Notes: generated by a model not told the origin, from the sequence alone. Shown: positions 12,401 to 24,944, counted from the stretch's first letter. The stretch is 64,000 bases of DNA from Vicugna vicugna (GCA_013265495.1 MU058636.1:3087967-3151966), one strand, 5' to 3'. Numbers and translations: made by a program.

Positions 12401-13771
12401 CCACTCTGAGCGTGTGGCCCCGGCAGGACCAGGCTCATGCCTGCCCGATACACCTGCCTCGCACGTCACTCTTCTGCGTTGAGAGCTGTTTGAATTCCAC
12501 CGTGTTTACGGCGTGAAGTGCAGGCATTTGGATCCTGTTGGCTCACTTTCGATGGGCTACCGTGTCTATGTCTTTTTTCTCCTCTCCTGTTTTCCTTCTT
12601 TAGCTGAAAATTAGAGTTGCTCCGCTCCCTCCCCACCCCCATCCCATTGGGCATTGCTTTTTCTCCCGTTCCTTTTCCCTAACCACACCCTAAAGCACTT
12701 CAGCGGCATTCTCTGTCATCTCCCCACATGTCACCCGCCCAGGAGACATTCGGAATATTGACAGTGGGAATGAAATAGCCCAGGTCCAGGGTCCCTCTTC
12801 TCTCTAAGGTCCTCATGCGCTAAGACAGACCTACTAGGCTCTGTCAGGAACGCTCTCTGTCTCCTTCGTGGCTGGAGGGACAGAGGCGGATGGGGGTCAG
12901 CTGGGGACGAAGAACTCCCCCACAGCATCTGGAGAGTCGGCCTGCACCCGAAATTGACAATTATCCCTTCGGTCAGAAATATAAAGATTGTTCTATGTTT
13001 CCCCCTCTTCTTTCTGACATTGTGGACAAGCTCAGTCCTGAGATGCTTTTGTTGACCTTTTTTCTCTCAGGCAGAGAACAAGACAGATGCTTTCCCAGCC
13101 GGCATATAGCCAGTGCCTGTGGCATTCTTTGAGGGTCCCACGTGTGTCCTTCCCTCCAGCTGACCAGATACAGGGGCAAGTCGATGGGGCCTGGGAGGTT
13201 GGAGCCTTCTTCTTAAATCGGAGCTGCATCATCCACAGAGTCAGCTGTCAGCCCAGATGGCGCCCGATGTCCCGTGAATTTCGATCAGCACCAAAAGCAC
13301 ATCTGCTAGTTGTGTTCCAGGGTCCGTTTTTGCTTTCATTACGCAGCCCAGCTCAGCCAGGGAAGGTCTCCCAGCCTCATCCTGGCTCTGCTTAGACCTC
13401 CCCACCCTTCCCAGGCCCCCTAAAAGTGAACAATACTAGGAGTGGGAGCCAGTTGTCAGAGTTGGTAGACACAAAGGTTCCACTGAGCTGGCCCTGTCCC
13501 TCCCTCCCCTTTCAAGACCCCACTTCCTTCTAATTTCCCCTCCCTCCTGCTATTGGAGGCTTACAGAGACACCCCAGCCGGGCCCAGACCTCAGCTTCCT
13601 GGGCTTCCTCACGTGCAAGGAGCGTTCAGCGCCCGGGGCCTCAGGGCAGTACTCAGCCCCAGGGCTGCCCGGACGCAGTGGTTACTGCAGCACAAGCCTG
13701 TGCATTGAGCTGCCGTGTTCCTTTGTCAACCCTGCCCAGGTGGCCTGTCTTTCCTTGTCATCACAGCCGAC

Positions 13772-13950
13772 ATTTTTTGAGCTCACTGTGTGTCAGGGAC
13801 TTTATCTGTACAACAACCCCATGAGAGGGGTACTACTATTGTCCTCGTTTTACTGAGCTACAGAGAGGCTCAGTCATCTGCCCAAAGTCACACAGCTAAG
13901 AATTAGCAGAGTGGGGATTCTAATCTAAGAGTCATCTGACTCAAGAACCC
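13772..13950 (-). mobile_element. MIR SINE
   Basis: caacaaccccatgagaggggtactactattgtcctcgttttac...cagagagg...gcccaaagtcacacagcta. Confidence 0.85.
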
Positions 13951-14659
13951 AAAGTTCCTTAAAAGTAAAGCTGAAACTATGTAGAATTACATAGGACATG
14001 GAAATGATGGAGTAAGATTCTTGGCTCAAGTGGCGGCATTCTAATGTTTTCCTTTTCCCTTTTTCTTTTCTTGTTTCTTTTTTGTTTTTTATTACAGGAT
14101 TGCTCATGCAGTGGCCACATCTAGAGTAAACGTGGTGACGGAGCATCAGATAACGTGGAACTGGAGGAGAGAGTTTGGGTTGGCTTGGCTTGGCTTGCTG
14201 TGACCTGCTAGCCGCAGGTGGGCAGGAACCCTTAGGTCTGCTTTATAATCTTGCTTAATTCCTGGAAAGGAAGATCAGAACTCCTGGAATCATCCAGTGC
14301 TTTCATGGTTGCTATGGAAATATTATATACAAAGTCTCCAAAAAGAAAAGATCCACCTTTGGGGACTTGAAGATCAACTAAAATCTTAGGGAAAGTAATT
14401 AAGAGGGAGATAGATCTGTGGCTGTGAGTTGGCCAAAGAAATTTGTTAAAGGCTGAGTTGCAAAGGAGTGTGTGATACAGAACATTGTGCTTTGGGAGTT
14501 TTCAGGGAGTATCAGGTAAATCAGCGAGGGATGAAGGCAGAAGGGTGAAGGTGATGGCCGTGAGGGGCGACTCAGGATGGGAGAACTAGGATGTCACAGG
14601 TGAGACCCTGCCCGAACCCACGAGGCCACTGCCGCCACTGTCCTTCCAAGATGCTCTGG

Positions 14660-14782
14660 GCATAAACTGAGGGCAGGGACCATGTCCATCCTCCTTGATA
14701 CTTACCCTCTAGCTACAGTACCTGGCACAGAGCTGGTGCTCAATATACATTTGTCAGGAAAAATCAATGACTATATGAATGA
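14660..14782 (+). mobile_element. L2 3' end
   Basis: gagggcagggaccatgtc...agtacctggcacagagctggtgctcaatatacatttgt...atgaatgaa. Confidence 0.75.
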
Positions 14783-17639
14783 ACATGGCGACTGAGTTTT
14801 CCGGTTAAGTCAGTCAGGTGTATGAAACTTAAGGAACCACTTACTTCTCTCCCATTTAATTCCCCCAATTGTCTTGCCAAAGACTCCATCTTCCTTTATT
14901 CTGTTGTTCAGATCTCTTGGCATGGCCCTCCTTTACGGTGTCACTGACAGTGACATCCTTTAGGTGTCACCCACCACGTTACTCAGTGTGTCATCAGCTG
15001 CCTTGGCTCTCGGGGAGAAATAGCCTTGACAGGGTGGTTACCCTCACTCCGAGGCATTACACAGTGTCATTGCCCCATCCTCATGGGTCTTTTGGTTTCC
15101 ATCTTGGATCCTCCTAGTAAAACCTTTGGTGGGGAGGTGGCACAAGCTGGATAGTGGCCAAAGGTACCAGCAATTAGGTGGCCACAGAATCCCTTCTGGT
15201 TCTGTTACTCCCTGGACAGCCTCCCGGAGCCCTCTCTGCCCCACTCCCTCCACCCAGGACAGAGGTGGCTGCACATGGCCACCTGTTGGGAGTTCCCATG
15301 AGAGAAACAGATGGAGTCGCTCTTTGAAAAGTTTAGTGTTCTGGTTAAAAGTGCTCTCCAGTGAATGAAATATTCCTAGGGCCAAGTCTTTTAGCTTTTC
15401 CTGTAATTCCCTCTTTTTTAAGCCTTTTTTTTTTTTAATGAAAGATGGGAAAAAAACTTGGGTGCTCTTTCCTCCTCCACGTTTCTCTAGTTAGGATTTT
15501 TGTTTGCTTAAACAGCAGCATTCTCTGAATTTCTCAGCAACTAAATTTTACACTGTAGGACATTCTCATTTTGGAGTTAAAATTCATATGCAAACCGATT
15601 TTCTTACCCTAATGGCTGCTCAAAAGATCACATTCAAAAAACCGACTGCCTTCACATCACTACTAACTCTCCGTTTCTCCTGGGCTGGCTCCTCAGTCTC
15701 TGAGCAGATCTCTTGGCAACTTCTCCCCAGGTGAGCTCCTCCAAATCAGTGTGAAACCCTTAATTTAATTAACACCATCACAGCTTCCCAACAAGGGTAA
15801 GTGAGATCAACAACATTTACACCAGGAAGGAAGGAAATTAATTTTTCTCAATTGAAAAGAAGGGAAGGCCTTGCAAACCCAGCAATGTAGCAGTTGCTGT
15901 GGTGGGGATCACGGGAGAGCCTGAATCCAGAGGTCGGGAGGTCACATATCCTTGACAGGTTTCAAAATCACCCCAGAAATCCCACCAGCAGCAATTCAGA
16001 AAAGACCCAGGGGGCAAGCTGTTCCTGAAGGAAGGAAAAGGGATAGGAGAGTGAGAAGAGGACACTGCATCATTATCAGGAATTAGGGTTGACGCTGGTA
16101 ATCCACAAGGAAATGAAGCATCCCCAGAGCTCGCCTTTCAGTTATTTCAAGACTTTTACTCAGTGTGGTGTTCAAATCACGATCAGAGGAAGATCCTCAG
16201 CATTCTCTATTTTCGATGTTTTCTATTTTCTAGAACCAGATTTTTAGGGGGTGGAAGGGGAGGAATCCAGGACTGACAAGAGACTTAATGTAAAATTTAA
16301 AATTTAAACTAAGACCATGTCCAGTAACACTTAGGGGCACACTAGGATCAAAATGTGCCAACTGATGTGAAGGCTGTCTGGAGACTAGCAGATAAAAATA
16401 TGGGGAAGGATGCCTAGAATTCAGCCCTGATCCCAAGCACTGAAATATGCCAACCGTGTGGCGTTACTTGGGGGGAAGTTCTCCATCGTGCTTCTAGAAT
16501 GTATGAAAAAGAAAACTGTATTTGAGGGTAGAAGAAATAAGAATTTTGTTATACTTCCCCGTTAGACCTTCAGGAAACCACATGTCATTGTGATGATCGC
16601 ACTTTTCAAAAGACATCGCAAAACTCGGGACAGCCCCGAAAGGGTGATACAGGTGAAAAGACAGACTGTGTGATGGAAAAGAGGTCCCACCAGGGAGGGG
16701 GAAAGAATCAGGACTATTCAACCTAAAGAGGAAAGATCAAGTGATGAAATACCAGTGTTTTCAAGCATATGACAGGTTTTTGGCAGGAGGATGCTGATCA
16801 CATGTTCCTGAGGAGGTGAAGGGCAGGACAATGAAAATGTATGAAAATCGGAACAAGAAATAAATCCCCCGATGGCTTTCTGTTTCCTCCAGACCGAGGC
16901 AAAGCTCCCTCCCAGTGCCAGTGGGGTCCCATCTGGTGTCACCCCTGCCACTCACTGCAAACCCACGCTGGGCACTGCCCCCACTGTCACATGCCTTCCA
17001 CACATCTCCTCGAGGTCACCCACCTGGCCAGCAGCTCGGACCCTCCTGGGGGCTGTGCCCACCAGGACCTGGCTCCCCCTCCACACTGGGAGCTCTCAGC
17101 CCAGGGCTAGACCAGAGTCGGAACCCATTAAAAGCTGTAAAATCCAGGAGGAATTTCAGGAGGAAATACTTAATGCCAAGAATAAAGACTAGGAGAGAGA
17201 CGTCTCGTAAGGAATTTTAGAGTGAAATGCTGTGTGTTGTGTTCTAGAAATTAATCTTCCTCCCCTGAACACTGTCTTTACAGGGTCTACAGGGCTCACT
17301 AATGCTTTGTGAAGTGGGTTTTCTCTTTGGGAATGTCATTCAGTGAATAATCCCGCTTCAAGGTGGATGGAGACTGAAAACCCGTAGCTACTCAGCACCT
17401 GGGTAACACTGGAAAATCCATTTTGTCTTCTCTGAGAAAATCTTGCTGTTTATATCTAGACTTTAATCCCTCAGAAGGAAGTTTCTTGATCTCATTTTCC
17501 CACTGATCCAAAACAGAATTCAGCAGAAAAGCAGACCCTGCCTGTAGAGAGCTTTTCCTGTAGTAGGTTTACAATACATCCCAGAGACCTTAGGGTAATG
17601 AAACAACGTATCTATTCCGGGGTAGTAGCAACTCAGTTG

Positions 17640-17959
17640 CAGTGGGCCCTCCGTATCCTTGGGTTCTGCATCCGTGGGTTCGACTAACTTCAGATCAAAA
17701 TAAAAAAAAAATTTTTTTTAATTCCAGAAAGTTCCAAAAAGCAAAACTTGGATTTGCCGTGCGCTTGCAACTATTTACATAGCACTTACATTACATTAGG
17801 TATTATAAGTAAGCTAGAGATGGTTTAAAGTATACTGGACGATGTGTGTAGGTTATATGCAAATACTATGCCATTTTATATAAGGGTCTTGAGCATCCGT
17901 AGATTTGGTATCCGTGGGGGTCCTGGAGCCAATCTCCTGAGGATACCGAGGGACGACTG
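17640..17959 (-). mobile_element. MER2-type (TcMar-Tigger) non-autonomous DNA transposon, near full length
   Basis: TIRs cagtgggccctccgtatcc (17640) and ggataccgagggacgactg (to 17959); TA on the right, TG on the left (mutated TA TSD); minus strand starts CAGTCGTCCCTCGGTATCC like MER2. Confidence 0.9.
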
Positions 17960-18559
17960 TATTCAGTTACACTGACCAGCCACGTGTTGGCCACCGACGA
18001 CAACCTGTCTGGATTTTCTATTTAGCGCATACTGTACTGGGGGCCGCACAGTTTCCTGGGCGGTGACGGTGGAGGGAGAGTGTCCTAGATTTACTCAGCA
18101 TCTCCACTTGAACTTCACAGAGACCTACGGGGAAGACAGGGCTAGCCTCTGGACCCTCTGACACCAGCAAACTTTTTCAGTAAACTCCGCTATTTTCCTG
18201 AAACTATATTGCATTATATGATGCTGGAACACGTGGTGACCAGTCATGGAGTTCATGCTTCTCTGTCTGGACAGGACAGAACTCGGCCATTGCAGAAAGC
18301 TGGTCAGTTCTCTTTCCCTGTTAAATCTCCACGTGCTCCTTTTACATCTTGCCTTTCTGTTTGTTTCCAAACCACATTCCTCTCCAAACCAAGCCTCCGC
18401 TGTGTTTTCTTGAAGATATATTAAAACACCATGGGTTTCCATGGCACCTCTTACCCCTTTGCCAAAATTATGCAAATTAAGAATAACCCCGATCTGGTTG
18501 AGGTTGCTTGGGATTGAGAAGTAATTGGGTTGTAATATGTGAATCCATAGGCGAATAAT

Positions 18560-18810
18560 TGTCCCCAAAGATAAAGAGACCTGAAAATACTAATGTGAGC
18601 TCCTTTCCAGGAAAGGGGGTTGTGGGCCGGGAGGTCAGAGGTTGCGGGGAGGGGGTGGTCTGGTGGGCCAGGGAAGCCGTGTGAGGAAACAGGACTTTTG
18701 GAAACAGTGAGGGTTTTTATTTGTTTGCTTCTTGGTATTTTCTTTCATTTTCCAAATTTTCAGTGACGACTATGAGCAGAGTTATGAGTTATGAGCAGAG
18801 AAAATTAAGT
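18560..18810 (+). mobile_element. Old L1ME-type 3' end remnant
   Basis: tttttatttg...tttctttcattttccaaattttc...tatgag...gaaaatt resembles L1ME 3' termini; highly decayed. Confidence 0.4.
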
Positions 18811-20630
18811 GAAATGTGGAAGGAAAAGTGGTGAGGGACTGAGGACAGAAGCAGAGGCGAGGAGGGCGGGAAGGAGCCTTGCGGGAGCCCCTCTGGGTGG
18901 CGGGGAGCTGGAGGCTGGCTTCCTAGACAGGGAGAGTTGGGTGCAGGGAAGTCTGTGGCCGTGGCTGGGATGCAGGAAAGGTGTAGGGCCAGCTCTTAGG
19001 TGGTAGAAAGGACAGTGGTTCCAAGCTGGGCCTCAGGGCCTCTGAGAAATCCTGTCCTCAGACCTAGTGGGGAGGTAGAAGTGAAGGATGATGCAGAAAT
19101 TGTCAAAACCACACCTGGTTCACGAATCTTCAATCATTTCTTCAATGATATGCATTCTACAAATACATATGAATTGCAATCTCTGTACAGCCTCTGTGGG
19201 AAGGCAAAGATGAGTAAGGATGAATAACACACACTGTCCCTAAGAGCAGAGGCTCCCTGTGTGAGCCCGAGGCAGTGAACTTGCCACGTGTCTGGGCTCA
19301 GGGAGCTCTGTCCTCTCGAGGCTGACTGTGTGCTCAGCCCTGAGGGAGGAGAGGAGGCTGTCAGAGACGCTGGATGATTGGATGCTTTGAAGAGGAGCTG
19401 GAGCAGAGCTGGGACCTCGTGTGGGAAAACAGAAGAAAGAAATAAGGTTGTGAGAATGCAAAGTACCCGGAACTGTGGTTCTCGATTTGAGAGCTGCCTG
19501 GGGCCACGTTCCATCCACACCCTCATTAAGTCCTTCCCTCACTTGATTCTGCAGTGGGAAGCTCTGAACTTCTGTGGAAAGTGATTCATTGTCCTTTCCT
19601 GATCACCCATGTCTGTTCTTCTCTGACACTCCTTGGACCCTTTAATGTGTCCTCAGAGATGTGAAGGACCCCTCTGGCTCAGTTTCTGCCCCTCCCTTCG
19701 CCGGGAAGTCCTCCATGTGACGGTCAGCAGAAAGACCCCACACAGACCATGGAGATCAAAGACTCCAGCCAGTGAGTTTCACATGCCATCAACAAAACCC
19801 GCCGCCCATTAGAAAATAATGCAGTAACCTGGACCAAAGGAAGCCATCGGCAAGGCTGATGCCCCGGCTTCCGGTTTCCAAGTTCTGGTCTCGTTTGTTC
19901 TGAGGCAAAGTACATTTAAGACAGGTGCCATTTATTTGCCCCAATGTCCTAAAAAGGTGGCAGGAATGTTGGAAAACCTCTGAAGTCCCATTAGTTGGAT
20001 TGAGACTAGGACCCTGCTGTCTACCCTGGAAATTGGGTCGAAAGCCAGTAAAGTGAAAGCACCCAACAAACACAAATAATGTGCCCTGTGGCTCCCGTGG
20101 GTGCTGATGGTCGATGCTCTGCGTCCTTCCCGGGGGCAAGGTTTCCAGATGCCTTTCAACCATGGGAACGGGCTGTTCCCTGGTTGTAGGAAAAAAGGGT
20201 GTTGGTTGATCACATGTCTCTTTCATCAGTCACAGACACAGCTGTTTCACCAGTTTTTTTTTTTTAACATAAACGTACTTCTCCAATCAAAGGTGCTCAT
20301 CATGAAAATGCAGGAGACAGATTTCCTTACCCACCAGAAGTGTTTTCTCCCCACTTGCCTTATTGTCGTCTCAGTGTGAATTACCACGAAAAGGACCATC
20401 TCCAAAGCCCTGGAAGTTTTCCTTAAATCATCTCTTATTTTCAGACAAACACAATGTCAGGCCAGGTGCTCGAGGTGGGACAAACACCACAGGTGTTGAG
20501 CCAGCCTTGGGTTAGTGTGTGTCCGCGCCGGGCATATCAGAGCTTTCATAACTCCATGCTTCTCTCCACCAGCGGCGGGAAATCCATTGTCCTTCCCTGA
20601 CTCAGCTTGTCCATAAGAAGAGGGCTGCCG

Positions 20631-20928
20631 GAAGTAGATTCACGGACATAGAAAACAACCTCTGGTTACCAAAGGGGAAAGGGGTGGAGGAGAGAGACAG
20701 GAGTTTGAGATTAACGGATACACACTACAGTATATAAAACAGATAAACAAGGACCTAGTGTACAGCACAGGGAACTCTATTCAATACCTTATAATAACCT
20801 ATAATGGAAAAGAATCTGAAAGTGAATGTATTTGTACATATATATGTATGTGTATATGTGTGTGTGTGTGTGTACCTGAAACTAACACAGCATTGTAAAT
20901 AAACTGTACTTCAATAAAAATAAATTTT
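20631..20928 (+). mobile_element. LINE-1 3'UTR fragment whose A-tail is interrupted by a SINE
   Basis: cacggacatagaaaacaacctctggttaccaaaggggaaagg...gcacagggaactctattcaatacctt...aaactgtacttcaataaaaa; internal (TA/TG)n at about 20837-20873. Confidence 0.9.
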
Positions 20929-21050
20929 TGTGCAGGGAGGTAGTTAAGTTTACCCCCTTCTCCTCCTTCTCCTCCTTCTTTATTTTTAATGGAGGTGCAG
21001 GGGATTGAACCCAGGACCTTGCTCATGCTAAGGAGCTGTACCCCTCCCCC
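20929..21050 (-). mobile_element. Vic-1-like camelid tRNA-derived SINE (long-tail form, internal deletion)
   Basis: Minus strand GGGGGAGGGGTACAGCTC-CTTAGCATGAGCAAGGTCCTGGGTTCAATCCCCTGCACCTCCATTAAAAATAAA...TAAACTTAACTACCTCCC; B box GGTTCAATCCC; 16-bp TSD aataaaaataaatttt / actagaaatacatttt. Confidence 0.85.
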
Positions 21051-22548
21051 ACTAGAAATACATTTTAAAAAAATTAATAAAATAAGAGGATACCCCCAAG
21101 CCCTCATTAAAAAAAAAAAAAGATGACTGAACTAAGTGTGTCCCCAGGTCCCCCTGGTTGAAGGAATGTCCCCTGTAGGGCCACTGGGGAGTAACACTAA
21201 GGCTGTTCCCATCCTGCCTGACAATTCTGCTGGGTGTCCTTGGCTTCCAAATTTCACTTTTCTTACCGCCTCTCTTTTTCTGACTGAAAAAACCCTACTC
21301 CTGCTTCAAGGCCCAGCCGGGCCCAGGCAGCCGCGGGGGGAGAGCGGTCTGCCTGGCTCTTCACCCTCCTTCCCCGTCAGGCGGGAGCTGAGAGGGCAGG
21401 CGCACAGGCTGGAAGGGGCAGCCTCATGACATGTACTGCACAGAAATCCCTGAAGCCTCCAGCGGCTGCTTTCAGAGCTAAGGGAAGTCTGGACGCCAGG
21501 AGTAAATTGTGGGTGTTATTTTCAGTTGCTGGGTTAAATTATTAGCGTTCTCTGTTTGGCTGTTACCCTGAACGGTGAAGTTATAACCTTGGTCTCTCCA
21601 TGATCTGCGTCTCTGCCCAGGTCCAGCGAGGGGCCTGGCGCTCTCTGAGGGCCCTTGACTTTGGACACCCCAGAGTTTCCCGTGGAGTTCTCCACATGTC
21701 GATGTACTGGGACTGGCCGGTGATGGGTGTCCACCCCACCTCTTCAAGCCTCATGACTGGTAGTTTACAACTGCAGGAAACAGGGGTGTTTGCAACTCAA
21801 GATGAACATATATCAGTGGATCCTAGAGCCAGAGAAAAGAGCTTTAACCCTTAATATCCTGGATTCCTTCCCCTGGCCCTCTCCTCGCTGCTTTAACCAT
21901 TTTGACCTCTCAAAGAACCAGATCTGGGTTCCTGAGAGGGGTTTCTGTCTCTCTCTTTGCCTCTCACACCCTGTACGGATGCATCCCCCCAGCCCCCCAC
22001 AATCCAGTCTCACATATAATCCCTTTTCCAGTTCCTCTTAAAAATTGACTCAGAAACTGAAAATAAACACCTACAATTTGCTTCAAGTTTTCAGACTTCT
22101 TTAGCCCCTAAGCAGACCCAAGAGCCTTCCGGAATCTGCCCTTGATGGCCCTACAGGTTCCCATCCTGCCAGAGGCGAACATTCAGTGTGTGGAATATTT
22201 CCGTCTTTCCTTCCCATTCTCCTCCCTGCTGCCCCACAGCACGTCATCTCACCAGGCAGCTGAGTATCTCTCCAGAAAGTGGACAAGATCAAGGAGAAAA
22301 GAGGACATTGGAAGTCAGTTCCTTCCAGCCCCAGCTCTTATAAAAACACTTTGGTGCTGAAGGATTTTAAATGTTACAACACAAATATGATATTGAAGGC
22401 TCATTTATAGATTTCTATAACCCATGGAAGAGGGTTTCATGGTCGTCCGGAAAAGGAGTATCTGTTAATGCCTTTGATTTCTTCATGAACGGAGTCCTGT
22501 GAACAAAGAAAGTCCAGAGGAAAACTATTGATGCAGAAATCATTGTAT

Positions 22549-23079
22549 TGTTGCAGCAAAGTCTGTTACAGCTCAGTATTACAGCTCAGTTGTGACAGCA
22601 ACCTGGATCCCGGCGAGAGACAAAGCAGCACTCGGAGAGTTGGAAAACTCAGGTTTATTACGCCGACGGTCCCAAAGGAGTCAACACTCCAAGCTCTGGA
22701 CCCCGTCTGTAGGTTTACACAAGCTTTTAATAGGCTGCCAGTCTAGACTTTGCAACATCATATGCAAATACGGTGTAACAAAAGTTGACTAATTAGGAAC
22801 AAGCTTTGTAGAAATGGACCAATCAGGAGTGAGCTCCATGCAAATAAGGCACTACAAATGGACCAATCAGGAGTAAGCTCAGGAAACCAATAGAATCTTA
22901 GGGGTAAGTTCCACTTTCCTAGAAGTAAGCAGTGTCAGAGGCAAAAAGCGAGATAATGCTGCTGGGCCAGGGAACCGGATGGTGCTGGCAGGAGAGTAGA
23001 GGACCTGCCTGGGGGTCCTGCCAGTCTTTCATGGGGCTTCCCACTGCATGATGGCTGGTACAGGGCTGAGCACACAGCA
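22549..23079 (-). mobile_element. ERV solo LTR (ERV1/gamma-like, 531 bp)
   Basis: TG...CA termini with perfect GTAT TSD (22545-22548 and 23080-23083); on the minus strand CCAAT/octamer repeats, then TATTAAAA (22732-22725), then AATAAA (22659-22654), in U3-R-U5 order. Confidence 0.9.
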
Positions 23080-23199
23080 GTATCTCACTAAATACATTCA
23101 GCACTTTTGGCAACAGCTTCATGTCATATGTGTATTTTATCTCAGCTCCTTCTCTGAAAATGATAGCTAACTTTTTTTTAAGCACTTTACTATTTTCCA

Positions 23200-23350
23200 G
23201 TGTTTCAGGCTCTGTAATAAGCACTTACCAGGCTTTAATTGGCTTATTCGTCACAGCAAACTTGGGAAATAGCATCGTTATCTCCATTTTATAGTCTGAA
23301 AAACCAAGTCCCAGAGGGCTTACGTGTGGTGCTGACCCTGTCCTAGCTAG
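23200..23350 (-). mobile_element. MIR fragment
   Basis: aggctctgtaataagcactt...ttattcgtcacagcaaac...ttatctccatttttatagtctgaaaaacc. Confidence 0.65.
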
Positions 23351-24287
23351 TAACTGTGTACCTTTCACCATGAGAAACTCTGTCTTGCCAGAGCACAGGG
23401 TACCTGAGGTTAATGGAGTGGGAATGCAGCACACGTTGGTGAATTGTTTTGAAACACACAGGAGCCCGAACCCCCTTCTTCACCATCCCTCCCTGGCGTC
23501 TTCAGTTGGCACACCCCAGTCATCAGCACAGTGTCTAAGGGACACCAAAGGGGAGAAGGTGGTGTTACATTTTTATGAAATCCATTGCTTTCTTTTCAGT
23601 AAGGGATATTGTGCTACCCGCAGCATAAGCCTCGCTCCAAGTTTGTGTTTCAGTATCTCTTGATGTTGCAAATGTCTTGACTCTAAGGTTTAGAAAAATT
23701 TCATAGAACAGGAAATCAAGCTCACTTTGTCCATCCCAAGTGCCCAAGATGTGGAGAATTCCCACTCCAAGGTTTAGAATAACTAAAGGAAAGTCAAATG
23801 CAAACTCATTTCCTGTTTACCATTTTGATTTCTTCTGAGAGCTAAACATACCCATTTTCTTGCTCTCTGAAGGCTTCCTCTCCTCTGTTTATTTAAGAGA
23901 ATGCCCTGTTGCCTTTGCACTGCTAAATGAGGCTCAGCCCTGGGAGACTTCTAAAGACAAGTGGCCGCACTGTGCAGACCATCATGTTAGTTTAAGGCAC
24001 CTAAGGGAAATGGCTTACGCTGCCCAATTCGAACCTGGGAGAGGGACCAAATTAGCACAGCCTTTACTCCACCCAGTAATTACCAGCCTTTCCTTGAATA
24101 TTTTTTGAGTTCAGAGTCACCCATAGCTGGAGCAGACTCCAGGACTCAATAAAATCTCAGTCTTACCAGCTCATTCTATGGTATCAGCCTGGGGGAAGTG
24201 GTGTTAGAGGCCACATGACCTTCAAAAAAGAAGCCCTTTGACAATTTAAGTCGACTTCTCTCACTGTCTGTGCTTGATACTTGGGAG

Positions 24288-24675
24288 AATTAAGTGAAGT
24301 AAGCCAGAAAGAGGAAGAAAAATCCCATATGATATCTCTTATATGTGGAATCTTAAAAAATGAGACAAATGAACTTATTTACAAAACAGCAACTCACAGA
24401 CATAGAAAACAAACCTACAGTTACCGGGGGGGAAGTAGGGGTTGGAGGGATAAATTGGGATTTGGGGATTTGCAGCTGCTAACTACTATGTATAGAATGG
24501 ATAAACAAGGTCCTACGGGCCAGCACAGGGAAATGTATTCAATACCTTGTAATAGCCTATAATGAAAAAGAATTATAAAAAGGAATATATATATATATAA
24601 CTGAATCACTATGCTGTACACCAGGAATTAATACCACATTATAAACTGGCTATACTTCAATAAAAAAAATAAAAA
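24288..24675 (+). mobile_element. LINE-1 3' end fragment
   Basis: taagtgaagtaagccagaaagag...atatgatatctcttatatgtggaatct...aactcacagacatagaaaacaaac...tatacttcaataaaaaaaataaaaa; homologous to 4660-5025 and 6391-6678. Confidence 0.92.
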
Positions 24676-24944
24676 GCAGAGATGTCTCAGACCAGGTGGG
24701 ACCACAGAGGCTGGAGACCTCACATTCAGGTGGGGGAGAGGGGAGGGGCTGGGGTTAGAGGAAGAAGCCAGAAGTGAGTCCAGGACACATCTGAAGAAAA
24801 CAGTTCCCTTCCGTTGATACAGCTGGTATTGTGTCAAGACACTTAGGTCCAGAAATAGATGGCACAGTAGCATCATCAGGGGGACCTGTTTAATTGCAGT
24901 TCCTTAAAAAAAAAAGTACCTGGAGTTTTCCTTTGGCCAAAAGC

